A DNA stretch of 63,576 bases, counting the filler, from Octopus bimaculoides (lineage: Eukaryota), in NCBI RefSeq assembly GCF_001194135.2. It is 9 parts of 7 records of this genome, joined end to end, with 100 filler letters (N's around TTAATTAATTAA, not from the genome) between each part and the next. Parts side by side here need not be neighbours in the genome. Positions count along the whole stretch, not along the records: positions 1 to 4,334 come from NC_068982.1; positions 4,435 to 8,416 come from NC_068990.1; positions 8,517 to 22,982 come from NC_068992.1; 6 more parts are not named here. One strand, 5' to 3'. The notes under the pieces are model-generated. The model made no database searches and had not been told where the DNA came from. It saw nothing but the letters and a program-made list of their open reading frames with translations. Every line of letters begins with the position of its first letter. Position 1 is the first letter of the stretch. Shown here piece by piece: positions 1 to 10,480 of this stretch. Position numbers and translations under genes: made by a program.

Positions 1-31
<31 letters not shown>

Positions 32-51
32 ATGTATGTATGTAAGTGTAT

Positions 52-252
52 GTGTTTGTGTGTCTGTGTTTGTCCCCCCACCATCACTTCACAACTGATG
101 TTGGTGTGTTTACAGCCCCGTAACTTAGCGTTTCGACAAAAGAGACTGATAGAATAAGTACTAGGCTTACAAAGAATAATTCCTGGGGTCGATTTGTTCG
201 ACTTAAGCATGGCGACAGTCAAATGACTAAAACCAATAAAAGAGTAAAAGAG
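52..252 (+). mobile_element. SINE family A, 3' half (follows the internal TA/TG microsatellite; AAGAGT-repeat tail)
   Basis: Matches the sequence TGTGTTTGTCCCCC...GGTGTGTTTAC...AGAATAAGTACTAGGCTTACAAAGAATAA...GTAAAAGAG found in many other copies in the window (7970-8147, 33655-33850, 58293-58495, 60680-60870). Confidence 0.85.
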
Positions 253-285
<33 letters not shown>

Positions 286-400
286 GCCAGATCAGATTGG
301 AGCCTGGTGCAGCCATCTGGTTCGCCAGTCCCCAGTCAAATCGTCCAACCCATGCTAGCATAGAAGGCAGACGTTAAACGATGATGATGATGATGATGAT
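286..400 (+). mobile_element. 3' tail of a SINE/LINE ending in (GAT)n (RTE-type tail)
   Basis: CTGGTGCAGCC...CCAACCCATGCTAGCAT...GACGTTAAACGATGATGAT. A reverse-complement relative lies at 32048-32218 and a related tail at about 30120-30210. Confidence 0.65.
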
Positions 401-449
401 GCATGTATGTCTGTATATATCTCATTAAGATATATATATCCTATATCTT

Positions 450-788
450 ATAATATTGGCAATAAAGCTTAGTTCAAACCATACAACTGTTCATCGTCAT
501 CTTGGAAAAGTTCCTAAACTTGGAAAATGGGTGCCTCATGAACTGTCCGAAAGCAACCGCAAATCCCGAGTTGACATCTGCTCTTCTCTCCATTCTCGCG
601 AAGTCATTTCACCCTTTTTGGATAGACTTGTGACTGGTGATGAAAAATGGATCTTTTATCGAAATGTTAAATGTTGTAAACAGTGGCTTGGTAAAAGGGA
701 AAAAGCTCAACCACAACCAAGAAGGGAACTTCATGGAAAAAAGGTTCTTCTCTCTATCTGGTGGGATTGCAAAGGAGTAATTCACTTT
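450..788 (+). mobile_element. Tc1/mariner (mariner-type) transposase fragment, truncated by an assembly gap
   Basis: The ORF at 456 encodes the mariner hallmarks WVPHEL, FLDRLVTGDEKWIFY (first catalytic Asp) and KKVLLSIWWDCKGVIHF. Confidence 0.92.
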
Positions 789-1779
789 NNNNNNNNNNNN
801 NNNNNNNNNNNNNNNNNNNNNNNNNNNNNNNNNNNNNNNNNNNNNNNNNNNNNNNNNNNNNNNNNNNNNNNNNNNNNNNNNNNNNNNNNNNNNNNNNNNN
901 NNNNNNNNNNNNNNNNNNNNNNNNNNNNNNNNNNNNNNNNNNNNNNNNNNNNNNNNNNNNNNNNNNNNNNNNNNNNNNNNNNNNNNNNNNNNNNNNNNNN
1001 NNNNNNNNNNNNNNNNNNNNNNNNNNNNNNNNNNNNNNNNNNNNNNNNNNNNNNNNNNNNNNNNNNNNNNNNNNNNNNNNNNNNNNNNNNNNNNNNNNNN
1101 NNNNNNNNNNNNNNNNNNNNNNNNNNNNNNNNNNNNNNNNNNNNNNNNNNNNNATATATATATATATATAGGTAAACTAAGTATATTATTTAACGTATTA
1201 AACAAAGTTCAACAAATTCAATCATATTTTACATGAATGAAGGAGATTAGATGTTAATATGGATGATAATTTTTTTTATTCATGCAGCTATACAATCATT
1301 TTATACAGAAAGACAATAAATTCATTTTAAGAATCTGAGATGTCAAAAAGTACTCGTCAGTAGCCAAAAATCAGAAAAATAGCTACAAAGGCATTAGGAT
1401 TACATAGGTAAGGTGTTCTTACTCATTTTTATAATGTGTTATTGTTCTTGGAGTCATGTCTATTTAAAACAAGACTCTTGTCCAAGAAACATGGCTACTA
1501 GTTTTGATCCAGTTATAAGATTTAGAAGAGCTGTAAACTAGACCACAAAGCAAAGCTAGTGTAAATATGAAATCTCTTTATACGAGGATTATACCAGGTA
1601 ATGCCCACTGGATGAGGCAGCCCCTCATTAAAACATTCCTGGTAGCTAGTTGCTCCTCACTATTTTGAGCCATTTAGAGTAGGTTATTAATAACTGAAGA
1701 GAGCAACTGTAAAGTAAAATTGGCTTAATAAATATTACAATAAAGGAAATAACGACTACATATCTATATTTGTTTGTAA

Positions 1780-4074
1780 TAGTCATGCTAGTATATGTGG
1801 TAAGAAGAAATGTTTATGTTGTAATGTTTTGGTTGATAACAAAGTTTTTAGCAGTAAGATTACTGTTAAGAAATTCATCCTTGATAATAATTTAGTTAAG
1901 CTGTAAATCTAGAAATGTAATTTATTCGATTAGGTGTGATGAATGTGGCATACAGTATGTAGGGCAAACTACTCAGGAATTACATCCACGTTTTAGACAG
2001 GCATTTAAATTAGGTAGTAAACTTAATATTTACGAACACTTTAGAGAGCATAGCTTGAGGTTTGAAAACTGAAAAATTCAAATAATTGGTCAAATAGATG
2101 ACAGTGTGAATAATGTTAGACAGAAACTTTTAGAAGAAGAATGGTATTGGACTAAGATATTATGTAGCATATACCCTCTAGGCCTTAATGATTACATTTT
2201 AGGTGTAGGGAACGTATCTAGTAAGAATGATACAGGAGGTATATATTTCTCACAACCAGTGGTCAGAAGGAAATGTAGCCATCAATGCAGGATTAAAGAA
2301 AATGAAATAAGGTTAGAAAGGATGTTTCTTAATGATTTATATATAAAGAAAGAATATTACGGTTGTTATATAATGTTAAGATAATGTTCCTATGCCGAAC
2401 TTAAAGAAATAATGGAGATATGCCATAGAGAGTTATCTGAAGTTAGTTTTTTAGTGGATAGTTTTTGTAATAGGTTAATGAAAAAGGCTAAAGTGAAAAC
2501 CAATAATGTTAAAGTTGAATATTTAAAAATACCCTGTTAGTAATTTCATTGATGATGTTTATTTAGGTAATGTAATTAGAAATGATAAAACAAAAAAACT
2601 TTTGCTGGAAAATGTTAGACGTATGAATGTCAAGATTTGTAAGAAGATATGTAACACCTTATTTAATTATGATAAGATCCTATCAAAAATCAGTCTTGAA
2701 AGTTTGAAAGAAATATAGTTAGAAGATTGTAAATGTGATAATTCAGAATTTTGTTATAAAGAAATAGGACATGTTTATACAGGAAATTTAGATATTAAAA
2801 ATAAGGAACTAAGGGAGATTATGAATAAAGGGACAAAATACAGAGAACAAGGTCAAATTAGTAAATGTAATTTAAAGAAAGTTATATTAAGAGTCATTAA
2901 TGAATTCATAGTTAAATTAAGTCTCAAATATAAGGTCAAATTGGAGTTCAATAGCTGGGTTAGCAAATTAACTTATATGGTAGTTAAACGTTTAAAGAAA
3001 TATAATAAGTGGATAGGGAAAGATTCAGTTTTGAATAAACCACTAGTTAAAGAATATATAAATGAATTACATAAAAAGTATGTAACAGTACCAGCAGATA
3101 AAGCAGCAGGGAATTTTGTAGTATTTTGTAAAAAATATTATATGATTGTAGGTAAAGAGTTAAGAGTAGATAAGGAATTTAAGTTTATAGGTAATAACAC
3201 ATACAAAGTTATACCTACCAGAAAACGTTAATGAGTTAGTTAATAGTCTTATATCCACAGTAGAACTGTTGAGTAGTTTACAAGTGGAAGAAACGTTTTT
3301 GGATTCCTAAACTACATAAAGTTCCTTTTAAAAATAGATTCATAGCAGAAGCTAGTAACTATACAAATAAACAATCAATATTGGTTAATGATGCTTTAAA
3401 AGTTGTTAGAACATATTTTTTAAAATATTGTGATAAAATTTGTAACAGTTCAGAAATTAATTATTTTTGGAGTGTTAGATCAACTAACAAATTTCTGGAT
3501 AGACTGATCAAATGTTAAGAGTATGTATGTGTACGATTTTTCAACACTATATACAAACTTAAATCTTAAATGTGTGGAAGATGGTATTTTTAGAATATTA
3601 GATATTTTTAATAAAGGATATAAATGTATATCTTTAAAGATTGGTAAAGGTCTCTTGCCTAATTGTCATTATAAGGGATATACTAATATAAGTAAAAGAA
3701 AGATGAAAGAAATGATTGTTTTATTATTAATAATTTGTTGGTAATGTTTGTGGGTAGGGTGTTTGAGCAGGTTAGGGGAATTCCAGTGGGTGGTAACTGT
3801 AGTCTTCTGTTGGCAGACCTTTATCTTTCTTAATGCAAGTTCCTTTTTCTTAAAGACCTATGTGCGAGGAAAAAGATTGGTTTACTTAAACAACTTAATG
3901 GATGCTGCAGATACATAGATGATATACCTATACCTAATTATGGTTTCTTTGTTTTACTCAGAAAAATATACCATAGGGAGTTTATAGCTATCAGAAATGG
4001 TAACAATATAAGGAATATTAATTATTTAGATGTCAATTTAGTAATTAAGGATAATAATGAAATATGTACTGACA
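1780..4074 (+). mobile_element. Decayed Penelope-like retroelement with an N-terminal GIY-YIG endonuclease followed by RT (Naiad-type architecture)
   Basis: Motifs in order: CGKKKCLCC zinc knuckle (1796-), CKSRNVIYSIRCDECGIQYVGQT (1902-), EWYWTKILCSIYPLGLND, VPADKAAGNFVVFCKKYY, FWIPKLHKVPFKNRFIA, YDFSTLYTNL, GIPVGGNCSLLLADLYL, RYIDD (YIDD 3912-3923), NYLDVNL. Multiple stops and frameshifts are present. Confidence 0.88.
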
Positions 4075-4334
4075 TCTATATATATAAAAATGAGAATGTG
4101 TGTCTGTCTGTCTGTCTGTGTGAATCCCTAAAACTCGAGAACTACGCAACCAATTTCATTCAAATTTTACACATGCCTTACTTAGGGTTCCAGTTGTGTT
4201 TTAGTCAAAAATTTTTTTAACTTCTTGCAGAGTTCAAGTCCACGGCAACATAATATCTCCTCCACTATTTAAGTATTACGTGTCAAAAGTGAAACAAAAA
4301 CACTCATGTCAAATACTTTCACTTTAAAAATGAA
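4075..4334 (+). mobile_element. 5' end of a non-autonomous Helitron-like element, interrupting the PLE RT thumb region
   Basis: Starts A|TCTATATATATAAAAATGAGAATGTGTGTCTGTCTG (5'-TC terminus after A, then a (GTCT)n tract), as is typical of Helitron-N/DINE-like ends. It is cut by the scaffold end. Confidence 0.65.
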
Positions 4335-4434
4335 NNNNNNNNNNNNNNNNNNNNNNNNNNNNNNNNNNNNNNNNNNNNTTAATTAATTAANNNNNNNNNN
4401 NNNNNNNNNNNNNNNNNNNNNNNNNNNNNNNNNN
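4335..4434. other. Artificial scaffold-joining linker N44-TTAATTAATTAA-N44
   Basis: 44 N, then TTAATTAATTAA (4379-4390; stop codons in all six frames), then 44 N. The same 100-bp structure occurs 8 times in the window. Confidence 0.97.
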
Positions 4435-4588
4435 GATAGATAGATAGATAGATAGATAGATAGACATAATATTATGTATGCCGATACATTTGTTCTTAAA
4501 TATATGCATTTTTTTATTCATGCATAGAAAGACTGATAATGAGCTAAATGGATAAGATACACAGAAAGGAATCATAAAGTGTTTTATA

Positions 4589-4624
<36 letters not shown>

Positions 4625-4676
4625 CTCGTAGCCCCCACCCCACAAGCACACACATACACATACATATACATATGTG

Positions 4677-4712
<36 letters not shown>

Positions 4713-4888
4713 AAATATAAGTAGATATATGCTCACAATTTCGTACAGTTTTTATTTAGTTAAATAATAAAAAAAAATTGTACCAGGTATAATACAGTTT
4801 ACACTCTATATGTGAAGGAGGCGCTATTCGTCGAAATTGTAAGACAATTATGTAAATTTTATGGCATAAATGTGTGTTTGTGTGTGCA

Positions 4889-4930
<42 letters not shown>

Positions 4931-5789
4931 GTTGAAGTTGTTTTAAGTGTCGAGCTTTTTATCACAAAATATTTTAATCGACGATAGCATATCGCCATAT
5001 ATATTAAACCTGTATATTATTTAGATAGTGTGCCTCACAATGACGACTATATAACTGATACACACACACATGCACTCACACACTCACGCACACACACACA
5101 CACACACACATGTACGTGCGTATGCATGTGTATACATATATATACACACACATATATATTTGCATGTTTATCTATCTATATTTACATCTATATGTATATT
5201 CATGTATGTATATGTCTATATATACGTACATACATATGTGTGCTTGTGTGTGTGTGTGTGTGTGTGTGTGTGTCTGTGTGTGTCAGCGTATGTGTGTCAG
5301 CGGATGTGTGTCAGCGGATGTGTGTATGTGTCTCCCAGTGACTAGATAATGATGATGCGAATAACTTTTCAGGAGCTATTTAGAAAGAAGGCCTTTGGAT
5401 GTGGAGATGGGGAAATGTGTGTGACTGGAGATCGGGGTAGGTGGAGGTACATGTATCATGGCGTCTATAATTATCGGGGTGGGTACCCAGTCGTGATTAA
5501 GTGATCCAGAACTAATTGACAATATCTATGAATTAATATTGGAAACTGTTAATTTGTAATCAAAAACGTGGATAATTTTGCAAATGCATGTTTATATACG
5601 TTTGTTCTTTTCTGGTGGAATTGTAAAGGAATATTCTTGAAGGAGAAACCCTGAATGCGTCTGTGCGTGTATGTGCGCTCAAGTCCGTACGTATGTATGT
5701 GTGTGCGTATGTGTGGTGGTGGGATGGAGTATTAAAGTAATTATATGCGGGTACTTGGGTGGAAATAAATGTTAAATATTCATCACTTA

Positions 5790-6235
5790 GAAATGTACTA
5801 AACATCTGTGCAAATGGAAAATTCAAAGTATTCTCTTTTTCCAAATTAAAAGAAAATGATCAACCACGAAAGGCAAAAGAAAACTTCATAAAGACACTAA
5901 ATACGAAACTAAACCGGAAATAATCAATACGATTACTAAAGGCAACTTTATACGGATTAGCCAAGAAAAGTTTCAAAAGTTGGACAACGAGAGCGCTTAT
6001 ACGCAATATGGAAATTTCTTTCCAAAAGTTCGTGTCATTCTTAGAAATCAATTTTTTACCATCAGTACTCCGATGGTAAATAATTATTTGCTCTTAATAT
6101 ATTGGGCTTCTAGACTATTTGTCTAAGCCATGTTTTCTTTCCTTTTCCTTCTCCCTTTTGTTTGTATTGTATGATGTTGTTCTTCACTCTGATGAAGATT
6201 CCCGTTGCCTTAATTCGAATGCCCAATGAAGATGG
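5790..6235 (+). mobile_element. Remnant of a second Penelope-like element: C-terminus of a GIY-YIG domain plus a degenerate pLTR hammerhead
   Basis: Translates to ICANGKFKVFSFSKLKENDQPRKAKENFIKTLNTKLN* (resembles the KE..FI....LN end of PLE endonucleases). A CTGATGA motif with a flanking stem I follows at 6182-6231. Confidence 0.45.
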
Positions 6236-6589
6236 AGAACTTTATTCTTGCATTTATTTATAGACTGCATTTTGGTGACCGATCAGTAATGGCCGTAAGA
6301 TATGTTATGTCATACTTTGTATTAAAAATAAGCTATAAATGTGGTCCAATCGATGTCTTTGTTAATCTGTGGTTTTCTCCATTTTCTAATTATTTGCATG
6401 ATATATATATTTGATGAATTTTCTTGAGAACAATCTTTTCTTAGTGGTCAGACCATATGGGGTCTACATCTAGCATATTGAATGTCCACCTAGTGGTCAT
6501 CCCTCTTATAAGTATATAGATAGATAGATAGATACATACATACATACATACAGACAGACAGACAGACAGACAGACATACATACATACAA

Positions 6590-6736
<147 letters not shown>

Positions 6737-6744
6737 TGTGTGTA

Positions 6745-7040
6745 TAAGTAGGGTCCCAGTTGATCCGATCAACGGAACAGCCTGCTGGTGAATTCAACGT
6801 GCAAGTGGTTGAGCACTCCACAGACAAGTGTACCCTTAACGTAGTTTTCAGGGAGGTTCAGCGTGACACAGAATATGAGAAAGCTGGCCCTTTTTGAATT
6901 ACAGGTACAATTCATTTGGAGTACTCAGCTGAGCCGACGGTAGCAACGTGAAAATAAAGTGTCTTGCTGAAGGACTCAACGCGTAGTCGGGAACTGAACT
7001 CAGGACCTTTAGACAAATATCCTAACCCCTAAGCCACGCG
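6745..7040 (-). mobile_element. tRNA-derived SINE family C (CORE/V-like TTGAGCAAGACAC-type body)
   Basis: On the minus strand: head CGCGTGGCTTAG..GTTAG and B-box-like GAGTTCAGTTCC, then CAGCAAGACACTTTATTTTCACGTTGCT. The body is shared with 38959-39280 and 42219-42458. Confidence 0.75.
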
Positions 7041-7661
7041 TTTGTGTGGCCATATATGTACATATACATGTATACATGTATATATGTGAACATGTACATG
7101 ATGAATGTATTTTAAATACAAGGCGTTCTTCTTAATATGTTTTCATGACAATACCCAAACTTTCATCTTTAAGAATTAAAGAAAAGCAAACAGCAATAAC
7201 AACAAACACGTTACGCTCCCATAGTAATCCTTATTGCTGTTGTTGTTGTTGTGGTGGTGCTGGTAGTTGTTGTTGTTGTTGTTGTTGTCGTTCCCTATTT
7301 CCTCTCGTTGAGTCATTGCCACATATTTCTGTCCTTTCATCTAATGTTTTATGACTTCCTGATGGAGACAAGTTATTGAGTGGACGGTGGGTATATATAT
7401 ATATAATATGAGCGGCACGCACCTGTCCAAAACTGTAAGAGTGGGTGTGAGGGTGGGCAGCACTGTGAGTAGAACAAAGTGAGGTCAATTGATTCACATG
7501 ACCCGCGTCGTTGACCAATTAGTCAGTCAACAGTGGAATGCCATAAGATAAAAAAACACTGACCTAATTATGTCTATAGACTCAAAACACGCCCGCGCAC
7601 CTGTATATGTATATGTGAATATAACTATATGTATGTATGTATGTATGTATGTATATATATG

Positions 7662-7714
<53 letters not shown>

Positions 7715-7724
7715 NNNNNNNNNN

Positions 7725-7759
<35 letters not shown>

Positions 7760-7774
7760 CATAATTTATATATA

Positions 7775-8147
7775 GGCACAGGAGTGGCTGTGTGGTAAGA
7801 AACTTGCTCTCCAACCACATGGTTCCGGGTTCAATCCCACTGCGTGGCACTTGAGCAAGTGTCTTCTACTATAGCCTCGAGCCGACCAAAGCCTTCTGAG
7901 TGGATATAGTAGACGGAAATTGAAAGAAGCCCGTCGTATATATATATATATATATAGGTATATATTGCCTGACAACCGATGGTGATGTGTTTAGGTCCCG
8001 GTCACTATAGCGGTTCGGCAAAAAGAGATCGATAGAGTAAGTACTAGGCTTACAAAGAATAAGTCCTGGGGTCGTTTTATTCGTCTAAAGGCGGTGCTCC
8101 AGCATGGGTGCCGTCAAATGACTGAAACAAGTAAAAGAATAAAAGAA
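7775..8147 (+). mobile_element. SINE family A, near full length
   Basis: tRNA-like head GGCACAGGAGTGGCTGTGTGGTAAG with B box GGTTCAATCCC, a body, an internal (TA)n tract and a tail ending GTAAAAGAATAAAAGAAT. Confidence 0.9.
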
Positions 8148-8384
8148 TATGCCATATTTGCCAAATTCCTGGATTGCCATTTTAATATTTGTTTTTATAC
8201 ATGATGTGTGTGTGTGTGTATGTGTGTATACACATACATATGTATATACATATATATATATATATACACTTATATGTGCATGTGTGTATATGTGAGTATA
8301 CATACATGTGCATGCACACATACATACAAGTGTTTCTCTATATATGTGCTTATGTTTTTGTGTGAAAAAATGTGTGTGTGTATA

Positions 8385-8416
<32 letters not shown>

Positions 8417-8516
8417 NNNNNNNNNNNNNNNNNNNNNNNNNNNNNNNNNNNNNNNNNNNNTTAATTAATTAANNNNNNNNNNNNNNNNNNNNNNNNNNNN
8501 NNNNNNNNNNNNNNNN
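8417..8516. other. Artificial scaffold-joining linker
   Basis: N44-TTAATTAATTAA(8461-8472)-N44. Confidence 0.97.
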
Positions 8517-10059
8517 ATATATATTTAAATGTCTTTCAATAACAAGTCACTCATCTGGGAAGGCCTTGAAATCAATGTTACCATCGGGGGACTATGTGTG
8601 ACCCAGTGATAATAAAAATACTCAATGGAGGTCTGCAACCATGAAAATTCGTAAATTCTCGATGTTGATGAAATTTCAACCATGGGTAATTGACACACAT
8701 CAAGAAGTATTCTCAAAGTTTCCACTTCTCATGAGGATTCTCAGACCCCCTAATGGGGGCCTTAGTTCCCAAATTATAGTTATTTTTTATGATCCAAAAC
8801 TAGGTCAAAAGTACTGAATGGATCTTTATGAAATTTCAAAATTATGTTCTATGCATAAGGGCCATAACCCTCATGAAAAATTCATATATTTTTGCTGTTG
8901 ATGAAATTTTAACCATACATATTAGACACAAATGAAGTAATATTTCTAAAATTTCATCTTTTTACAAATTATAAAGACCCCTTCACGGGGACTTAACACC
9001 CACAATTTAGTCATTTTATCTAAGCAAAGACGAATACAGTTGTACTCTTGGAAGCTGTAGGGTCACCCGAGCATAAAAGATAAGCGTTATTTTTAATTCT
9101 ATGGTACAACAGTGCAAGAGTTTGCTTTCAGATATACTTAGATTGTGATTTCTGCAATATGGTGCATAAATTGTCAAGTAAATGAGAGGCATCTTTGCCT
9201 CCACAGATTCAGTTGCCAATTGTTGAGTAAAGTTATTTGGTTGCAGACTTCCATTGAGTATTTTTATTATCACTGGGTCACACATAGTCCCCCGATGGTA
9301 ACATTGATTTCAAGGCCTTCCCAGATGAGCGACTTGTTATTGAAAGACATTTAAAGATTGTAATTTTATTCTGTCCAGTTACCTATTGGTGTAGTGGTCA
9401 TTTGCAAACTCCAGAGGTGACACTATCATTTCCTCTTATCCCTCACGTCACACAGTTGTTAATGTATCAGTTGGGTCATGCCCTTCCAATTGCTATAGAT
9501 CCGTAATGCATCTTACGGCTGTGCCTATCACTTGTATGGTGAGGAATCCTACATTGGGGCGTAGTAACAACAAGAGTAGGGTAGGGTAGCTGACTGCTTA
9601 TAGTGATCATTCGTCTTATGGTTTCTTGTAGCTTTTCTCTCTTTTACAAACCCAGTGAGCATATATATATTTTGTATTTCAAAGAAATTCGAACAATACA
9701 TATAAGACCGAAGTAAAAAAGATTCTGAACAATTCAACTTCTCTGACTGAAATTAAGACACCCACCCTCAATGGGGGCCTTAACTCCCACATTTTAGAGC
9801 TCCATAACCTCCATTTTTCAGGAGCAAAATCCTTTTAACAAGTTCCATAACACTGGAATTTTGGAATCTAAGATCATTAGTGTGGGATACATGAGTCATG
9901 ATTAGAATTTTTTAGGGTGTGTAAAGAGGGAAAGAACCCTCATCTGCAATTTTGATGAAATTCGAATGATAGGTATTCCAGTTCATTACAGAAAATGTAA
10001 CAGAAAAGTCTAATTCTTCAATTGCATGTAACACGGGCAACGCCGGGTATCTCTGCTAG
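8517..10059 (+). mobile_element. 3' portion of a non-autonomous Helitron-like element with internal subrepeats
   Basis: Ends in the hairpin CGG-GCAACG-CCG, 9 nt, then CTAG|T (CTAG 10056-10059), the canonical Helitron 3' end. Degenerate ~130-bp internal direct repeats lie at about 8641, 8874 and 9690. Confidence 0.75.
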
Positions 10060-10234
10060 TAGATATATATAATGTATTTCATATATAATATATATCAAAT
10101 ATATATATATGTATACGTATATGTAAATTTATAAATTTATTTCAAACAATTACAATGTTCAGACAAAAGTTTTCATATAGCCAGTTAATCAATATCAAAC
10201 TAGTTATAGTCAATGCAGTATTTTTTAAAAAATA

Positions 10235-10480
10235 GGTGCTCTTCTGCATTAATTTGGTATTATTCTGTAGTTACATTTTCATAGTATGCTTTCACTATAC
10301 ATCCCAACACAGTTCTGTGTGGTATACGCAGTTTTGTTTTGCTTTCGTATTTTTTACTATTGTAACGAAAGTATTCTATGTAATATATGCACAGTACTTA
10401 GTAGTGTTATTTGCTGTGTATTGTATATCTGCTTAAGACCTGAGATTTTCGTTATGAATTTGTGTGCATCTATTTTTTAA
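10235..10480 (-). mobile_element. 3' fragment of an R4/Dong-like non-LTR element
   Basis: The reverse complement aligns by eye with the 3' end of the element at 22430-22640 (the ...IQQITLL-TAYIT-NTF-TIVK-type C-terminal region plus 3' UTR). Confidence 0.6.

Noticed and set aside
4379-4390. TTAATTAATTAA as a biological motif or homeodomain site
   Set aside because: It is always centred between exactly 44 N on each side, so it is a synthetic linker.
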